A stretch of 64,000 nucleotides of DNA from an uncultured Bacteroidales bacterium (GTDB lineage Bacteria > Bacteroidota > Bacteroidia > Bacteroidales > VadinHA17): positions 41,475 through 105,474 of the forward strand of contig CAWFFK010000012.1 in NCBI GenBank assembly GCA_963815075.1, in the 5' to 3' direction. The position numbers and the translations under genes were made by a program. The stretch's first letter is position 1; each line of letters opens with the position of its first letter. Positions 30,308 through 39,399 of the stretch are shown one piece after another. The notes beneath the pieces are model-generated. The model saw nothing but the letters and a program-made list of their open reading frames with translations, had not been told where the DNA came from and did not search any database.

Positions 30308-31804
30308 GTGAGTTACCTGGGTTTGGATATAGGTACCGGAGGATGCAAGGCAGTTGTATTTGATGAAAAAGGGAAGGAACTTGCCTCTTCATTCAGGGAA
30401 TATCCTGTTTTACATCCCCATCCTGATTGGGCCGAGATAAATCCGGATGAAGTCATACACAAATGCTTTGAAGTGATTAAAGAGGTTAACTCCGGCATCA
30501 CCGATCAGGTTGTTTCAATGAGTATATCAAGCCAGGGTGAAGCTTTTGCACCCGTCGGAGAAAACGGTCAGATCCTGGGAAATGCCATGGTTTCTTCCGA
30601 TGCCAGGGCCAGAGATATTGCATTGAACTGGAGCGAAGATTTCGGGATAAAAAAGTTGTATTACATTACAGGCCATACCCCTCACCCTCTTTTCACACTC
30701 TTCAAAATTCTCTGGATAAAGGAGCATCAGCCTGATGTATGGAAAAATACAAGGTACTTCCTGTGTTTTGAAGATTTGTTTCATTATAAGTTAGGGTTTG
30801 TACCGAAAATAAGCTGGTCAATGGCGGGACGAACAATGATGTTCGATGTGATCAGTCACCAATGGAGCAAAGACATACTTGAAGCTGCCGGTCTGAGTGC
30901 CGATAAACTGGCAATTCCGGCAGCATCAGCTGAAATAAGCGGAATCATCACATTGGATAAAGGCAGCAGAATGGGATTTAAAAATCCTGTTTCACTTGTA
31001 ACGGGAGGTCATGATCAGACGTGTGCAGCTCTTGGTGCTGGGGTAACAGAACAAGGTATGTGCATGTATGCCACGGGCACTGTAGAATGTTTCTGTCCTT
31101 TGCTGGAAAAACCAAGCTTTTCTGATGAGTTGCAAAAAAACAACCTTTGCTGTTATGATTATACCATTAAAGGCAAGTATACCAGTGTTGCTTACAGTTT
31201 GACAGGCGGTAACATACTTCGCTGGATGAGGGATGAACTTGGTCAGCCCGAAGTTGCGCTGGCAAAAAAAACGGGACAAAATCCCTATACATTGCTTCTT
31301 GAAGCTATGCCAGAAGAGCCTACAGATCTTCTTGTCCTTCCATATTTCTCAGCTACAGGCACGCCTTATTTTGATACACGGGCCAAAGGTGCCATCATAG
31401 GACTTCAGCTTACAACAAAAAAAAGCGAAATTACCAGGGCTTTGCTAGAAGGAGTTGCCATGGAAATGAAACTCAATCTTCAGATCATGGAAAAATCCGG
31501 AATGAAGATAAATACCTTTATTGCTACCGGTGGTGGAACCAGGAATAAATCGTGGACCCAGTTAAAAGCTGATGTCCTCAACAAAAAGATCATTGTGCAC
31601 GATATAATGGAAGCCGGCTGCTATGGAGCAGCAATGCTTGCATATAGCGGTGTTGAAAAAATACCGGTTGTACAATTAATTAAACGCAGCAAAACTGAAA
31701 ATAAAATTTTTACCCCGGTGCCTGAAAATGCGGAATTTTATGACAAAAAATTTGAATCATATAAACAGATGTACCCTGTTTTAAAACAGTTCTGGAAAAC
31801 ATAA
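30308..31804 (+). CDS. FGGY-family carbohydrate kinase (xylulokinase-like)
   Basis: GTG start. LGLDIGTGGCKAVVFD, GGHDQTCAALGAG and ATGGGTRNKSWTQLKADV. Confidence 0.85.
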   Translation: MSYLGLDIGTGGCKAVVFDEKGKELASSFREYPVLHPHPDWAEINPDEVIHKCFEVIKEVNSGITDQVVSMSISSQGEAFAPVGENGQILGNAMVSSDARARDIALNWSEDFGIKKLYYITGHTPHPLFTLFKILWIKEHQPDVWKNTRYFLCFEDLFHYKLGFVPKISWSMAGRTMMFDVISHQWSKDILEAAGLSADKLAIPAASAEISGIITLDKGSRMGFKNPVSLVTGGHDQTCAALGAGVTEQGMCMYATGTVECFCPLLEKPSFSDELQKNNLCCYDYTIKGKYTSVAYSLTGGNILRWMRDELGQPEVALAKKTGQNPYTLLLEAMPEEPTDLLVLPYFSATGTPYFDTRAKGAIIGLQLTTKKSEITRALLEGVAMEMKLNLQIMEKSGMKINTFIATGGGTRNKSWTQLKADVLNKKIIVHDIMEAGCYGAAMLAYSGVEKIPVVQLIKRSKTENKIFTPVPENAEFYDKKFESYKQMYPVLKQFWKT

Positions 31805-31855
31805 TAGTCTCAATCCGGCGAATTGCTGAAAATAAGGAGGATAAATAAAATTATA

Positions 31856-32869
31856 ATGAACAGATCAGAATTACTTAAATACATAGGAAACCTTTCTCAA
31901 ACCGGATATTGCCGGCATTACACTCTGAGTGAAGGTTGGGGTCGTGGACTGAGGGCCATAGATATTAACACCGGAGGTGGCCTGCAATATACTTTACTAC
32001 CGGACCGGGGGCTTGATATATCCCTTGCAAATTTTAAGGGTATCAATCTTGTCTACCAGACATGCAACGGGGAGACCCACCCGGCCTATTATGAACCTGA
32101 GGGACCGGGCTGGCTGCATACTTTCGCCGGCGGCCTTCTTACTACATGCGGAATAACCCATCTTGGTCCTCCCTGCACTGATGAAGGTGAACATCTGGGC
32201 CTTCATGGAAGATTTTCCACTATTCCTTCCAGACTGGTTAATGATCTGTCGGACTGGGAAGACAATGAATACTGCTATAAAATAAGGGCTGTGATTGAAG
32301 AAGGATCACTTTTCGGCTATAAGATGAGGGTGGAAAGGGAAATATCTTCATTTCGCGGACAAAATATGATCAGGTTGAAGGATAAAATCACCAATTTCGG
32401 AAATAAGCCAGGTCCTTACACTATTCTGTATCATATGAACTTTGGATATCCTTTTTTATCCGAAAATACGGAACTGATAATTGATCCGTTAAAGACATTG
32501 CCGCGTGATGAAGATGCAGCTCAGGGCATTAATGATTTCGCAAGGTTTATTAAACCTCAGCAATACTTCAGGGAACAGGTATTCTTTCATACAATGAAGG
32601 GTGACCGGGATGGGACAACCACCGTTAGCATGAGAAACGCTAAGGTTGGAATTGATGTCAGCATAAGTATTAACATTAATCAGCTACCGTATATCGCCCA
32701 GTGGAAAATGATGGGCTGGGGTGAATACGTCCTGGGCATAGAGCCCTCAAATGTCCTGTGTAAATCGCGTAAAACGCTCAGGGAAGAAAATTCCTTACCA
32801 ATTTTGGAACCTGGCGAAGACACTGTAAATGAAATAAAAGTCGCAGTCAATACTATTCAGCAAACTTAA
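31856..32869 (+). CDS. Aldose-1-epimerase-like (DUF4432-type) protein
   Basis: ATG at 31856 (MNRSELLKY...). The profile GLDISLANFKGINLVY...HGRFSTIP...ILYHMNFGYPF recalls mutarotase-fold DUF4432 proteins. Moderate certainty. Confidence 0.5.
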   Translation: MNRSELLKYIGNLSQTGYCRHYTLSEGWGRGLRAIDINTGGGLQYTLLPDRGLDISLANFKGINLVYQTCNGETHPAYYEPEGPGWLHTFAGGLLTTCGITHLGPPCTDEGEHLGLHGRFSTIPSRLVNDLSDWEDNEYCYKIRAVIEEGSLFGYKMRVEREISSFRGQNMIRLKDKITNFGNKPGPYTILYHMNFGYPFLSENTELIIDPLKTLPRDEDAAQGINDFARFIKPQQYFREQVFFHTMKGDRDGTTTVSMRNAKVGIDVSISININQLPYIAQWKMMGWGEYVLGIEPSNVLCKSRKTLREENSLPILEPGEDTVNEIKVAVNTIQQT

Positions 32870-32876
32870 ATGAATA

Positions 32877-34076
32877 ATGAAGAAGCTTGTTTTGTTTGGT
32901 GCGGGGAAGATAGGCAGATCGTTTATAGGGCAGTTATTTGCTAATTCAGGCTTTGAGGTAGTATTTGTTGATGTATCTGAACCTGTGATTAAGGCACTGA
33001 ACAAGTCAAACGGATATAATGTGATAATTAAAAGTTCAAAACCCGATGAGATAATAAGGGTTGAGAATGTCAGAGGCATCCCCGGAGGGGAAGTGGAGAA
33101 AATAGCAAAAGAGATCTCAGAATGCGACATTGCAGCTATTTCGGTGGGACAGAAGAATTTGGGCGAGATAATGCCGGTTATTGCCAGGGGATTGATTCTG
33201 CGACGAAAGATATCCGGATATAATCCACTTGATATCATTCTTGCAGAAAACATGCATGATGCTGACCTGTATGTTAAAAATATTCTTGCAGATATTGTCG
33301 GAATTGATTATCCCCTGAACGATCTGGTCGGACTTATTGAAACAAGTATTGGCAAGATGGTACCAATTATGCCAATGGAAGAAATTGAAAAAGACCCGCT
33401 ACAAATTTATGCCGAACCGTACAATACCCTTATCGTAGATAAAAAGGGGTTCAGGAATGCTGTTCCTGATGTAAAAGGATTAGCTCCAAAAGAGAACATT
33501 AAAGCCTGGGTGGATCGCAAATCGCATATTCACAATTTCGGACATGCTGCAGCAGCCTACTTTGGATTTCTTTGCGACTCCTCGGCAAAATATATGGCTG
33601 ACGTGCTGCAGGTTCCTTCAGTGAAAGATTTCACCCGAAGGGCAATGCTGCAAAGTGCACATATCCTGATGAGAAAATACCCTGGTGAGTTTACATTATC
33701 CGAACTTAAATGCCATATTGACGACTTGCTGATTCGATTTGAGAACAGAGCTCTGGGTGATACGGTTTTCAGGGTAGGATGCGATCTGAAGAGAAAACTT
33801 CACAGAAATGACAGGATTCTTAGTCCACTTATTGACGGTATAAATACAGAATCTCCGGTCGATAAAATTCTTCTGACCTTTACATACGGCCTGAAATTCA
33901 GGGGTAAAGATGAATACGGTAAAATGCTAAGCGATGATCTGGACTTTTCGCTGATCCTGAAAAATAAGGGATTGCATTATGTACTAAATAATATATGTGG
34001 TCTGGATCAGAGTAAGGATCGTAATATTATTTTCCGGATACTCCAGGCAACCGTCACTGACTTCCCTTTGTTCTAA
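32877..34076 (+). CDS. Mannitol-1-phosphate 5-dehydrogenase-like (mannitol dehydrogenase family) polyol-phosphate dehydrogenase
   Basis: MKKLVLFGAGKIGRSFIGQLFANSGFEVVFVDV parallels the MtlD N-terminus ([20 protein letters not shown]...). Length ~400 aa. Confidence 0.7.
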   Translation: MKKLVLFGAGKIGRSFIGQLFANSGFEVVFVDVSEPVIKALNKSNGYNVIIKSSKPDEIIRVENVRGIPGGEVEKIAKEISECDIAAISVGQKNLGEIMPVIARGLILRRKISGYNPLDIILAENMHDADLYVKNILADIVGIDYPLNDLVGLIETSIGKMVPIMPMEEIEKDPLQIYAEPYNTLIVDKKGFRNAVPDVKGLAPKENIKAWVDRKSHIHNFGHAAAAYFGFLCDSSAKYMADVLQVPSVKDFTRRAMLQSAHILMRKYPGEFTLSELKCHIDDLLIRFENRALGDTVFRVGCDLKRKLHRNDRILSPLIDGINTESPVDKILLTFTYGLKFRGKDEYGKMLSDDLDFSLILKNKGLHYVLNNICGLDQSKDRNIIFRILQATVTDFPLF

Positions 34077-34137
34077 CTATGTTAAGAAATAATCTACCTC
34101 ACCCGGTAGATAAAAGTGATCAGCTTATATTTCTAAA

Positions 34138-34305
34138 TTAATTTTTAGGATGAGGGGCCACATAAATAATATCCTCTTTCATCTTCACTGCATTCTTATG
34201 ATGATTTGAGATAACAATTCCCAATATTATAAAAACAGCAAGAATAAGAAGTAAGAGAAATGGTCCGCTCTTCATAAATTCAAAAATAAAGTAGTCCTTT
34301 TTCAT
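34138..34305 (-). CDS. Possible 55-aa single-pass membrane peptide
   Basis: My translation: MKKDYFIFEFMKSGPFLLLLILAVFIILGIVISNHHKNAVKMKEDIIYVAPHPKN. It is below the ORF-track cutoff, has one hydrophobic helix and has no other support. Confidence 0.3.
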   Translation of the reverse strand: MKKDYFIFEFMKSGPFLLLLILAVFIILGIVISNHHKNAVKMKEDIIYVAPHPKN

Positions 34306-34499
34306 TTCAGACTAAATTTATTGTGAAGATTGAAATATTAAATATATTAATGTTAAATGGTTAATATTTAAATCATATCAACCAAAGTTAATAAATTATT
34401 TGTAGAACAAATCAAAATTTTATTCTCAAATGTGAAGGTGAATAAAATAACATCTTGAATATCTGCAGTTAATCGGATGCATTATTCAAAGACATTTCA

Positions 34500-35600
34500 T
34501 CAGGTATAAGATAACCGGAAATTTGAATGTTGTGTTGTTGTAAGATTTTGCGATAAGGGATTCTTCCAAATCAGCTGATCCTTATAGTTATCACTCAGCC
34601 TGTAATGTTTCCTGTGGTCGGCTATTGACTCTCCGATAATCTGTATATTGTCAAGATCGGCCGTTCCAGGGCCTGTCTGATTGCAAAAATTCAGGTAGCC
34701 TATATTGGCAAAATCAATGCCCATCAGTTCAATTCCCACACGATCGGCTGACAGCCAGTCTGTTCCGACTACACAAACACGATGGTCAACAGGGGTTCCG
34801 TCATTTGGGCCATTACCTTCCATCCCTTCAAAGCCATCGATTACAGAAAGGTGTGGATGCAACTGACGCGACATTGAATAAAGATTATAATTAATGCCAC
34901 GGAAACCACTTCCATGCAAAATTGCCTTATCGCTTTTTGTTCCTGCTTTTCTTGAAGCACTGAAGGAATAACCTAAATCTTTTATTGGTGAACCAAAAAC
35001 AACATTTTTAAGAGATAAGGTTGCGAATACCCTGTCGTGTGTTTTCATTCGGGCCACCGAAACTATATAGGAATCCGGATCAAGCATAATATGTGACATT
35101 CTCACTGCATGAGGCCTGAAATCCTTTTCATCAAAAACCCAGATGGTATCAAAAGGTTCCTGGTCGAGATCGATCAGCTTTATATTATATTTTGAAGCAA
35201 GCCTGAAATATCCGAAGTTCTTAAATCCATCAAGAGTCGGACCATTGGCAGCCGATTCAGCTATAATAACATTGTTAAGTTTACCGATTGATTTAAAAAA
35301 TTCAAGAATACCCTCAAGAGTATCGACATGAGTTGAAGCCAATTGCACGTCGATGTTTACATTATTGGGTTTAAGAATTATACGATGCGAACCCGTTGCC
35401 TTTGCTATTTCTCCCGAAAATGGTTGAAGAGCACGGAAAACCATATCGGCCCTGTTGCTACCAGTTGTAAGTGCTACACGCGATTTATATTGCTCCTGAT
35501 TTCCAACAGATGCAAAGGTATCAAAAGGGCTGATGCAGGTAGCCGCTACTCCCCCTATTATGGATGTCTTAAGAAAATTGCGTCGGGTAAATGATGTCAT
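34500..35600 (-). CDS. DUF362-domain protein with a twin-arginine (Tat) signal
   Basis: MTSFTRRNFLKTSIIGGVAATC is a Tat motif. The body (RIILKPNNV...ASTHVDTLEGILEF...ARMKTHD) is DUF362-like. Confidence 0.75.
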   Translation of the reverse strand: MTSFTRRNFLKTSIIGGVAATCISPFDTFASVGNQEQYKSRVALTTGSNRADMVFRALQPFSGEIAKATGSHRIILKPNNVNIDVQLASTHVDTLEGILEFFKSIGKLNNVIIAESAANGPTLDGFKNFGYFRLASKYNIKLIDLDQEPFDTIWVFDEKDFRPHAVRMSHIMLDPDSYIVSVARMKTHDRVFATLSLKNVVFGSPIKDLGYSFSASRKAGTKSDKAILHGSGFRGINYNLYSMSRQLHPHLSVIDGFEGMEGNGPNDGTPVDHRVCVVGTDWLSADRVGIELMGIDFANIGYLNFCNQTGPGTADLDNIQIIGESIADHRKHYRLSDNYKDQLIWKNPLSQNLTTTQHSNFRLSYT

Positions 35601-35827
35601 TTCTGTAAGTTTTAAGTACTGGCAAACCTACAAAACTTTTCAAAATTAATGAATAAAACCTGATTAATATCTCGCAAAAAAGCCAGGACGCAGAGAAATA
35701 AGCTATGCAACTTTGCGATTTAACGAGAAATAGAATTGTAACACTTTCATACAGCTTATTGTCTATTTTTTTTACACCTAAAATCATATGTGCTTTAGTA
35801 TGTGCCTGAATTCATGATTATTACATA

Positions 35828-35848
35828 TTTGGCATACTCTTTGGCATA
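35828..35848 (+). promoter_or_regulatory. Direct repeat TTTGGCATA-CTC-TTTGGCATA upstream of the TolC/MFP/ATPase operon (candidate operator or sigma-54-like element)
   Basis: Two exact 9-mers at 35828-35836 and 35840-35848, 68 nt before the ATG at 35916. The TGGCAT...GGCAT spacing is 1 nt longer than a canonical -24/-12 promoter. Confidence 0.25.
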
Positions 35849-35852
35849 TAAG

Positions 35853-35915
35853 ATTGAAAATTACGAATTACGAATTTGAAATTAAGAATTAAGAATTTGA
35901 AATAAAGAACAGGAA
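35853..35915 (+). repeat. Nine phased A/T-rich heptamers running up to the start codon
   Basis: ATTGAAA ATTACGA ATTACGA ATTTGAA ATTAAGA ATTAAGA ATTTGAA ATAAAGA ACAGGAA, then ATG at 35916. Confidence 0.85.
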
Positions 35916-37262
35916 ATGGGAAAAATCAAATGGATATTATCACTTATATTAATTGTGTGCTTCGGGGAGATATCCGCCCAGGTAAAAAAATGGACACTTG
36001 AAGACTGCATTAATTATGCTGTGGCAAACAATATAGGACTGAAGCGACAGCAGCTTCAGACCAGGACTGCTGAAGTAAATCTTCTCAAATCAAAAATGGA
36101 TATTCTGCCTTCGCTCAATGCAGGATCAGACGCGAGTATCCAATATGGACGATCTATAGACCCTATTTCGAATGGTGTTACTTTTCTTCAAAACTTCAGG
36201 AACGGTTACCAGTTGACTTCAGGCCTCACTTTATTTAATGGTTTTACCACTATTAATACAATTTCCGCCAATAAATTTATGCTCAGGGCCGGTCTGGAAA
36301 GTGAGAAAATAGCAAGAAACACCCTTATTGTTGACATTATGGGGCAGTACTACCAGATCTTATATGCCAAAGGACTTGAAGACGCATCAAAAATGCAACT
36401 CGGGCTTTCAGAGAAACAGCTCTTCAGAATACAGAAAATGGTTGAAACAGGAAAAGAAGCCTTATCAAAGGAATACGAAATGGAGAGCCAGGTTTCAGCT
36501 GACAGACTTTCCTATACGATTGCACAGAACAACTCCAGCCAGGCCCTTACCACATTAAAGCAGATGCTTCAGCTTGAACCCGGCACCGAATTTGATCTGG
36601 CCATGCCTGATCTGGATAACATGCTTATTATTGATAGCAATTTCAGCACCGACAGTATCTATAACCTTGCTGCGCAAAACCTGCCGCGACTGAAAGAAAT
36701 AGAGTTCGAACTTAAGGCTTCAAAAAAACAGGTTGCAGCTGCTAAAGGGAACCTTTCTCCCAACGTGGGTATTGGTGGTCAGCTTTTTACGGGTTACTAT
36801 ACCCTGCTCAATGATACCTCATCTCATAGCACTTTCTCAACCCAGATGAAGAACAACTTCGGCCAGGCAATAGGCATTTCCGTAAGTATTCCGATATTTA
36901 ATAATTATTCCACAGCAAGAAATATTAAACTTGCCAGGATCAGGAAAAAGGATACTGAGCTCAAACTTGAACAGGAGAAAAACAATCTTTATACCGATGT
37001 CGAAAATGCGTGCCTTAATTACAACAGAGGCAAAGATGAGTTTGCAGCTGCCAGTTCAAATTATGACTACAATACAAAATCCTTTGAGGCAGTACAGAAG
37101 AAGTTTGAAACAGGACTTATTGACGTTACAGACTATTCTCTAGCAAAAACGACTTTATTTAAAGCAGAAACCGAAGCACTCAGGACCAAGCTTCAGATTA
37201 TGATAAGGAAACTCACTATTCAGTTTTACTCTACAGGGGAATATGAAAATATCCTGAAATGA
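35916..37262 (+). CDS. TolC-family outer-membrane efflux protein
   Basis: Signal peptide. WTLEDCINYAVANNIGLKRQQLQ and two coiled-coil/beta repeats typical of the OMF family. Confidence 0.88.
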   Translation: MGKIKWILSLILIVCFGEISAQVKKWTLEDCINYAVANNIGLKRQQLQTRTAEVNLLKSKMDILPSLNAGSDASIQYGRSIDPISNGVTFLQNFRNGYQLTSGLTLFNGFTTINTISANKFMLRAGLESEKIARNTLIVDIMGQYYQILYAKGLEDASKMQLGLSEKQLFRIQKMVETGKEALSKEYEMESQVSADRLSYTIAQNNSSQALTTLKQMLQLEPGTEFDLAMPDLDNMLIIDSNFSTDSIYNLAAQNLPRLKEIEFELKASKKQVAAAKGNLSPNVGIGGQLFTGYYTLLNDTSSHSTFSTQMKNNFGQAIGISVSIPIFNNYSTARNIKLARIRKKDTELKLEQEKNNLYTDVENACLNYNRGKDEFAAASSNYDYNTKSFEAVQKKFETGLIDVTDYSLAKTTLFKAETEALRTKLQIMIRKLTIQFYSTGEYENILK

Positions 37263-37355
37263 AATAAATAAATCAATGTGCTCATGTCACATTTACTTCC
37301 AATCAGTTAAAAATTTAAAACAATATTAATCACTAACAAATAATAAAAAGTTAAA

Positions 37356-38636
37356 ATGGATACTCCTCGTGAAACAATGGATAAAGCGATTCCAAAGAAA
37401 AAGGGCCTTCAGAAAAAACATATTGGTTATGCTGCTATTGGCCTGGCAATAATTGTCCTCATATATATGGCATTCTTTGCGGACCGTACATCAACATACA
37501 AGGTTGATAAGGACAAACTCATCATTGAAACAGTTACCGAAGGTCAGTTCAATGATTATATAACTGTTCCCGGAACTGTTGAGCCTATAAGCACCGTTTT
37601 CCTCGATGCTCAGGAAGGAGGAAGGGTTGAAGAAAAACTCGTTGAAGAAGGAGCAATGGTTAAAAAGGGAGAGGTTATTTTAAAACTATCTAATCCTGAC
37701 CTTTATCTTAATATTCTTAACAGTGAAGGACAGCTCTCCGAAAAGGAGAACTTCCTCAGGAATACGCAGATTACCATGGAGCAGGAAAAACTTTCTATCA
37801 AGAGAGAACTTGTGAACCTTAAGTATGATATTGAAAGGAAGGAACGCAATTTCCATCAGAATGAAATTCTGATCAAGGATAACCTTATCTCAAAGGAGGA
37901 ATATTTAAGGTCGAAAGAGGATCTGGATATGGCTCTTCAATCAAGAGAACTTTTTATTGAAAGACAGAAACAGGATTCACTATTCAGGACTGTGAATGTG
38001 GAAACTTTAAAGACCGACCTGATAAATATGAGAAAGAATCTTGATATGGTAAAGGAGAGAGTTAAAAACCTGGATGTCGCTGCGCCTGTTGATGGTGAGC
38101 TGGGACTTTTAACCCCCGAAATCGGACAATCAATTGCCCGGGGAGAAAATATGGGACAGATAAATGTATTGACAGCCTATAAAGTTACTGCCCAGATTGA
38201 TGAGCATTATATCGACAGGGTGAGGACACAGCTTACAGCTACACTTGACAGGCAGGGTAAAAACTATAACCTTACAGTGAGGAGAGTCTATCCTGAAGTC
38301 AGAAACGGTACTTTTAAAATTGATATGATATTCCGCGACACGATGCCTGACAATATAAGAACAGGCCAGACCTATTATATTAGTCTGCAACTGGGTCAGC
38401 CAAAAGTGTCAGTACTTGTACCTATAGGTGGATTTTTCCAGGAAACAGGCGGACAATGGATCTTTGTTCTTGATCCTACTGAATCATATGCTACCAAGCG
38501 CGACATTTCAATAGGCAGAAAAAATCCAAAATACTATGAAGTTCTTTCCGGCCTGCAACCCGGTGAAAAAGTAATCATATCAGGCTATGAGACTTTCGGT
38601 AAAAATGAAAAATTAATCCTAAGAAAATCTAAATAA
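37356..38636 (+). CDS. HlyD/MacA-type periplasmic adaptor (membrane fusion protein)
   Basis: N-terminal TM (IGYAAIGLAIIVLIYMAFF), lipoyl-like VKKGEVILKLSNPDL, a long coiled coil and a beta-barrel domain. Confidence 0.85.
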   Translation: MDTPRETMDKAIPKKKGLQKKHIGYAAIGLAIIVLIYMAFFADRTSTYKVDKDKLIIETVTEGQFNDYITVPGTVEPISTVFLDAQEGGRVEEKLVEEGAMVKKGEVILKLSNPDLYLNILNSEGQLSEKENFLRNTQITMEQEKLSIKRELVNLKYDIERKERNFHQNEILIKDNLISKEEYLRSKEDLDMALQSRELFIERQKQDSLFRTVNVETLKTDLINMRKNLDMVKERVKNLDVAAPVDGELGLLTPEIGQSIARGENMGQINVLTAYKVTAQIDEHYIDRVRTQLTATLDRQGKNYNLTVRRVYPEVRNGTFKIDMIFRDTMPDNIRTGQTYYISLQLGQPKVSVLVPIGGFFQETGGQWIFVLDPTESYATKRDISIGRKNPKYYEVLSGLQPGEKVIISGYETFGKNEKLILRKSK

Positions 38637-38661
38637 CAAATAACAACAAATAAGTAAAATC

Positions 38662-39336
38662 ATGATTAAAACTAATGCTTTAACTAAGGTCTTCAGAACT
38701 GAAGAAGTTGAGACAACTGCACTCAACAAAGTAACTCTCGAAGTAAAAGAGGGTGAATATGTTGCAGTTATGGGCCCTTCAGGATGCGGAAAATCAACCC
38801 TTCTTAATATCCTGGGACTGCTTGATAACCCTACAGCCGGCAGCTATGTATTCAACGGAACAGAAGTGGCAAACCTCAAAGAACGTGACAGGACCATCTT
38901 TCGCAAAGGCAACATAGGTTTTGTTTTCCAGAGTTTTAACTTAATTGATGAACTCAATGTTTATGAGAATGTTGAATTACCACTTATCTACCTGAAGATG
39001 AAAGCCGGAGAAAGAAAGAAAATGGTGGAAGATGTTCTTGAGAGGATGAAAATAGGTCATCGTGCAAAACATTTTCCCCAGCAGCTTTCCGGGGGACAGC
39101 AGCAGAGAGTAGCTATAGCCCGCGCTGTTGTGGCTAATCCCAAACTGATACTTGCTGATGAACCTACAGGGAACCTCGATTCAAAGAATGGTATTGAGGT
39201 TATTAATCTTCTTACAGAACTTAATAAAGAAGGAACAACCATTATAATGGTTACACACTCCGACAGAGATGCAGGTTATGCTCACAGGGTTGTCAACCTG
39301 TTCGACGGTCAGGTTGTTACTGAAAAAATGGCGTAA
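38662..39336 (+). CDS. ABC transporter ATP-binding protein (MacB/LolD-type NBD, no membrane domain)
   Basis: Walker [10 protein letters not shown], signature [14 protein letters not shown], Walker [13 protein letters not shown]. Confidence 0.92.
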   Translation: MIKTNALTKVFRTEEVETTALNKVTLEVKEGEYVAVMGPSGCGKSTLLNILGLLDNPTAGSYVFNGTEVANLKERDRTIFRKGNIGFVFQSFNLIDELNVYENVELPLIYLKMKAGERKKMVEDVLERMKIGHRAKHFPQQLSGGQQQRVAIARAVVANPKLILADEPTGNLDSKNGIEVINLLTELNKEGTTIIMVTHSDRDAGYAHRVVNLFDGQVVTEKMA

Positions 39337-39362
39337 GCTGAATTAATCAATCAAATCAATGG

Positions 39363-39399
39363 TTGTAAGGACGTTGCATGCAACGTCCTTACAATTTTT
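39363..39399. terminator. Bidirectional intrinsic terminator (perfect 32-nt palindrome)
   Basis: TTGTAAGGACGTTGCA/TGCAACGTCCTTACAA at 39363-39394 followed by TTTTT. It lies between convergent genes; its T-run reaches the stop codon (39398-39400) of the regulator. Confidence 0.8.

Noticed and set aside
35828-35848. Possible sigma-54 (-24/-12) promoter, TGGCAT-N-GGCAT, upstream of the TolC operon
   Set aside because: The GG to GC spacing is 13 nt rather than the canonical 12, and the -12 element reads TTGGCA rather than TTGC. It is kept only as a low-confidence regulatory direct repeat.
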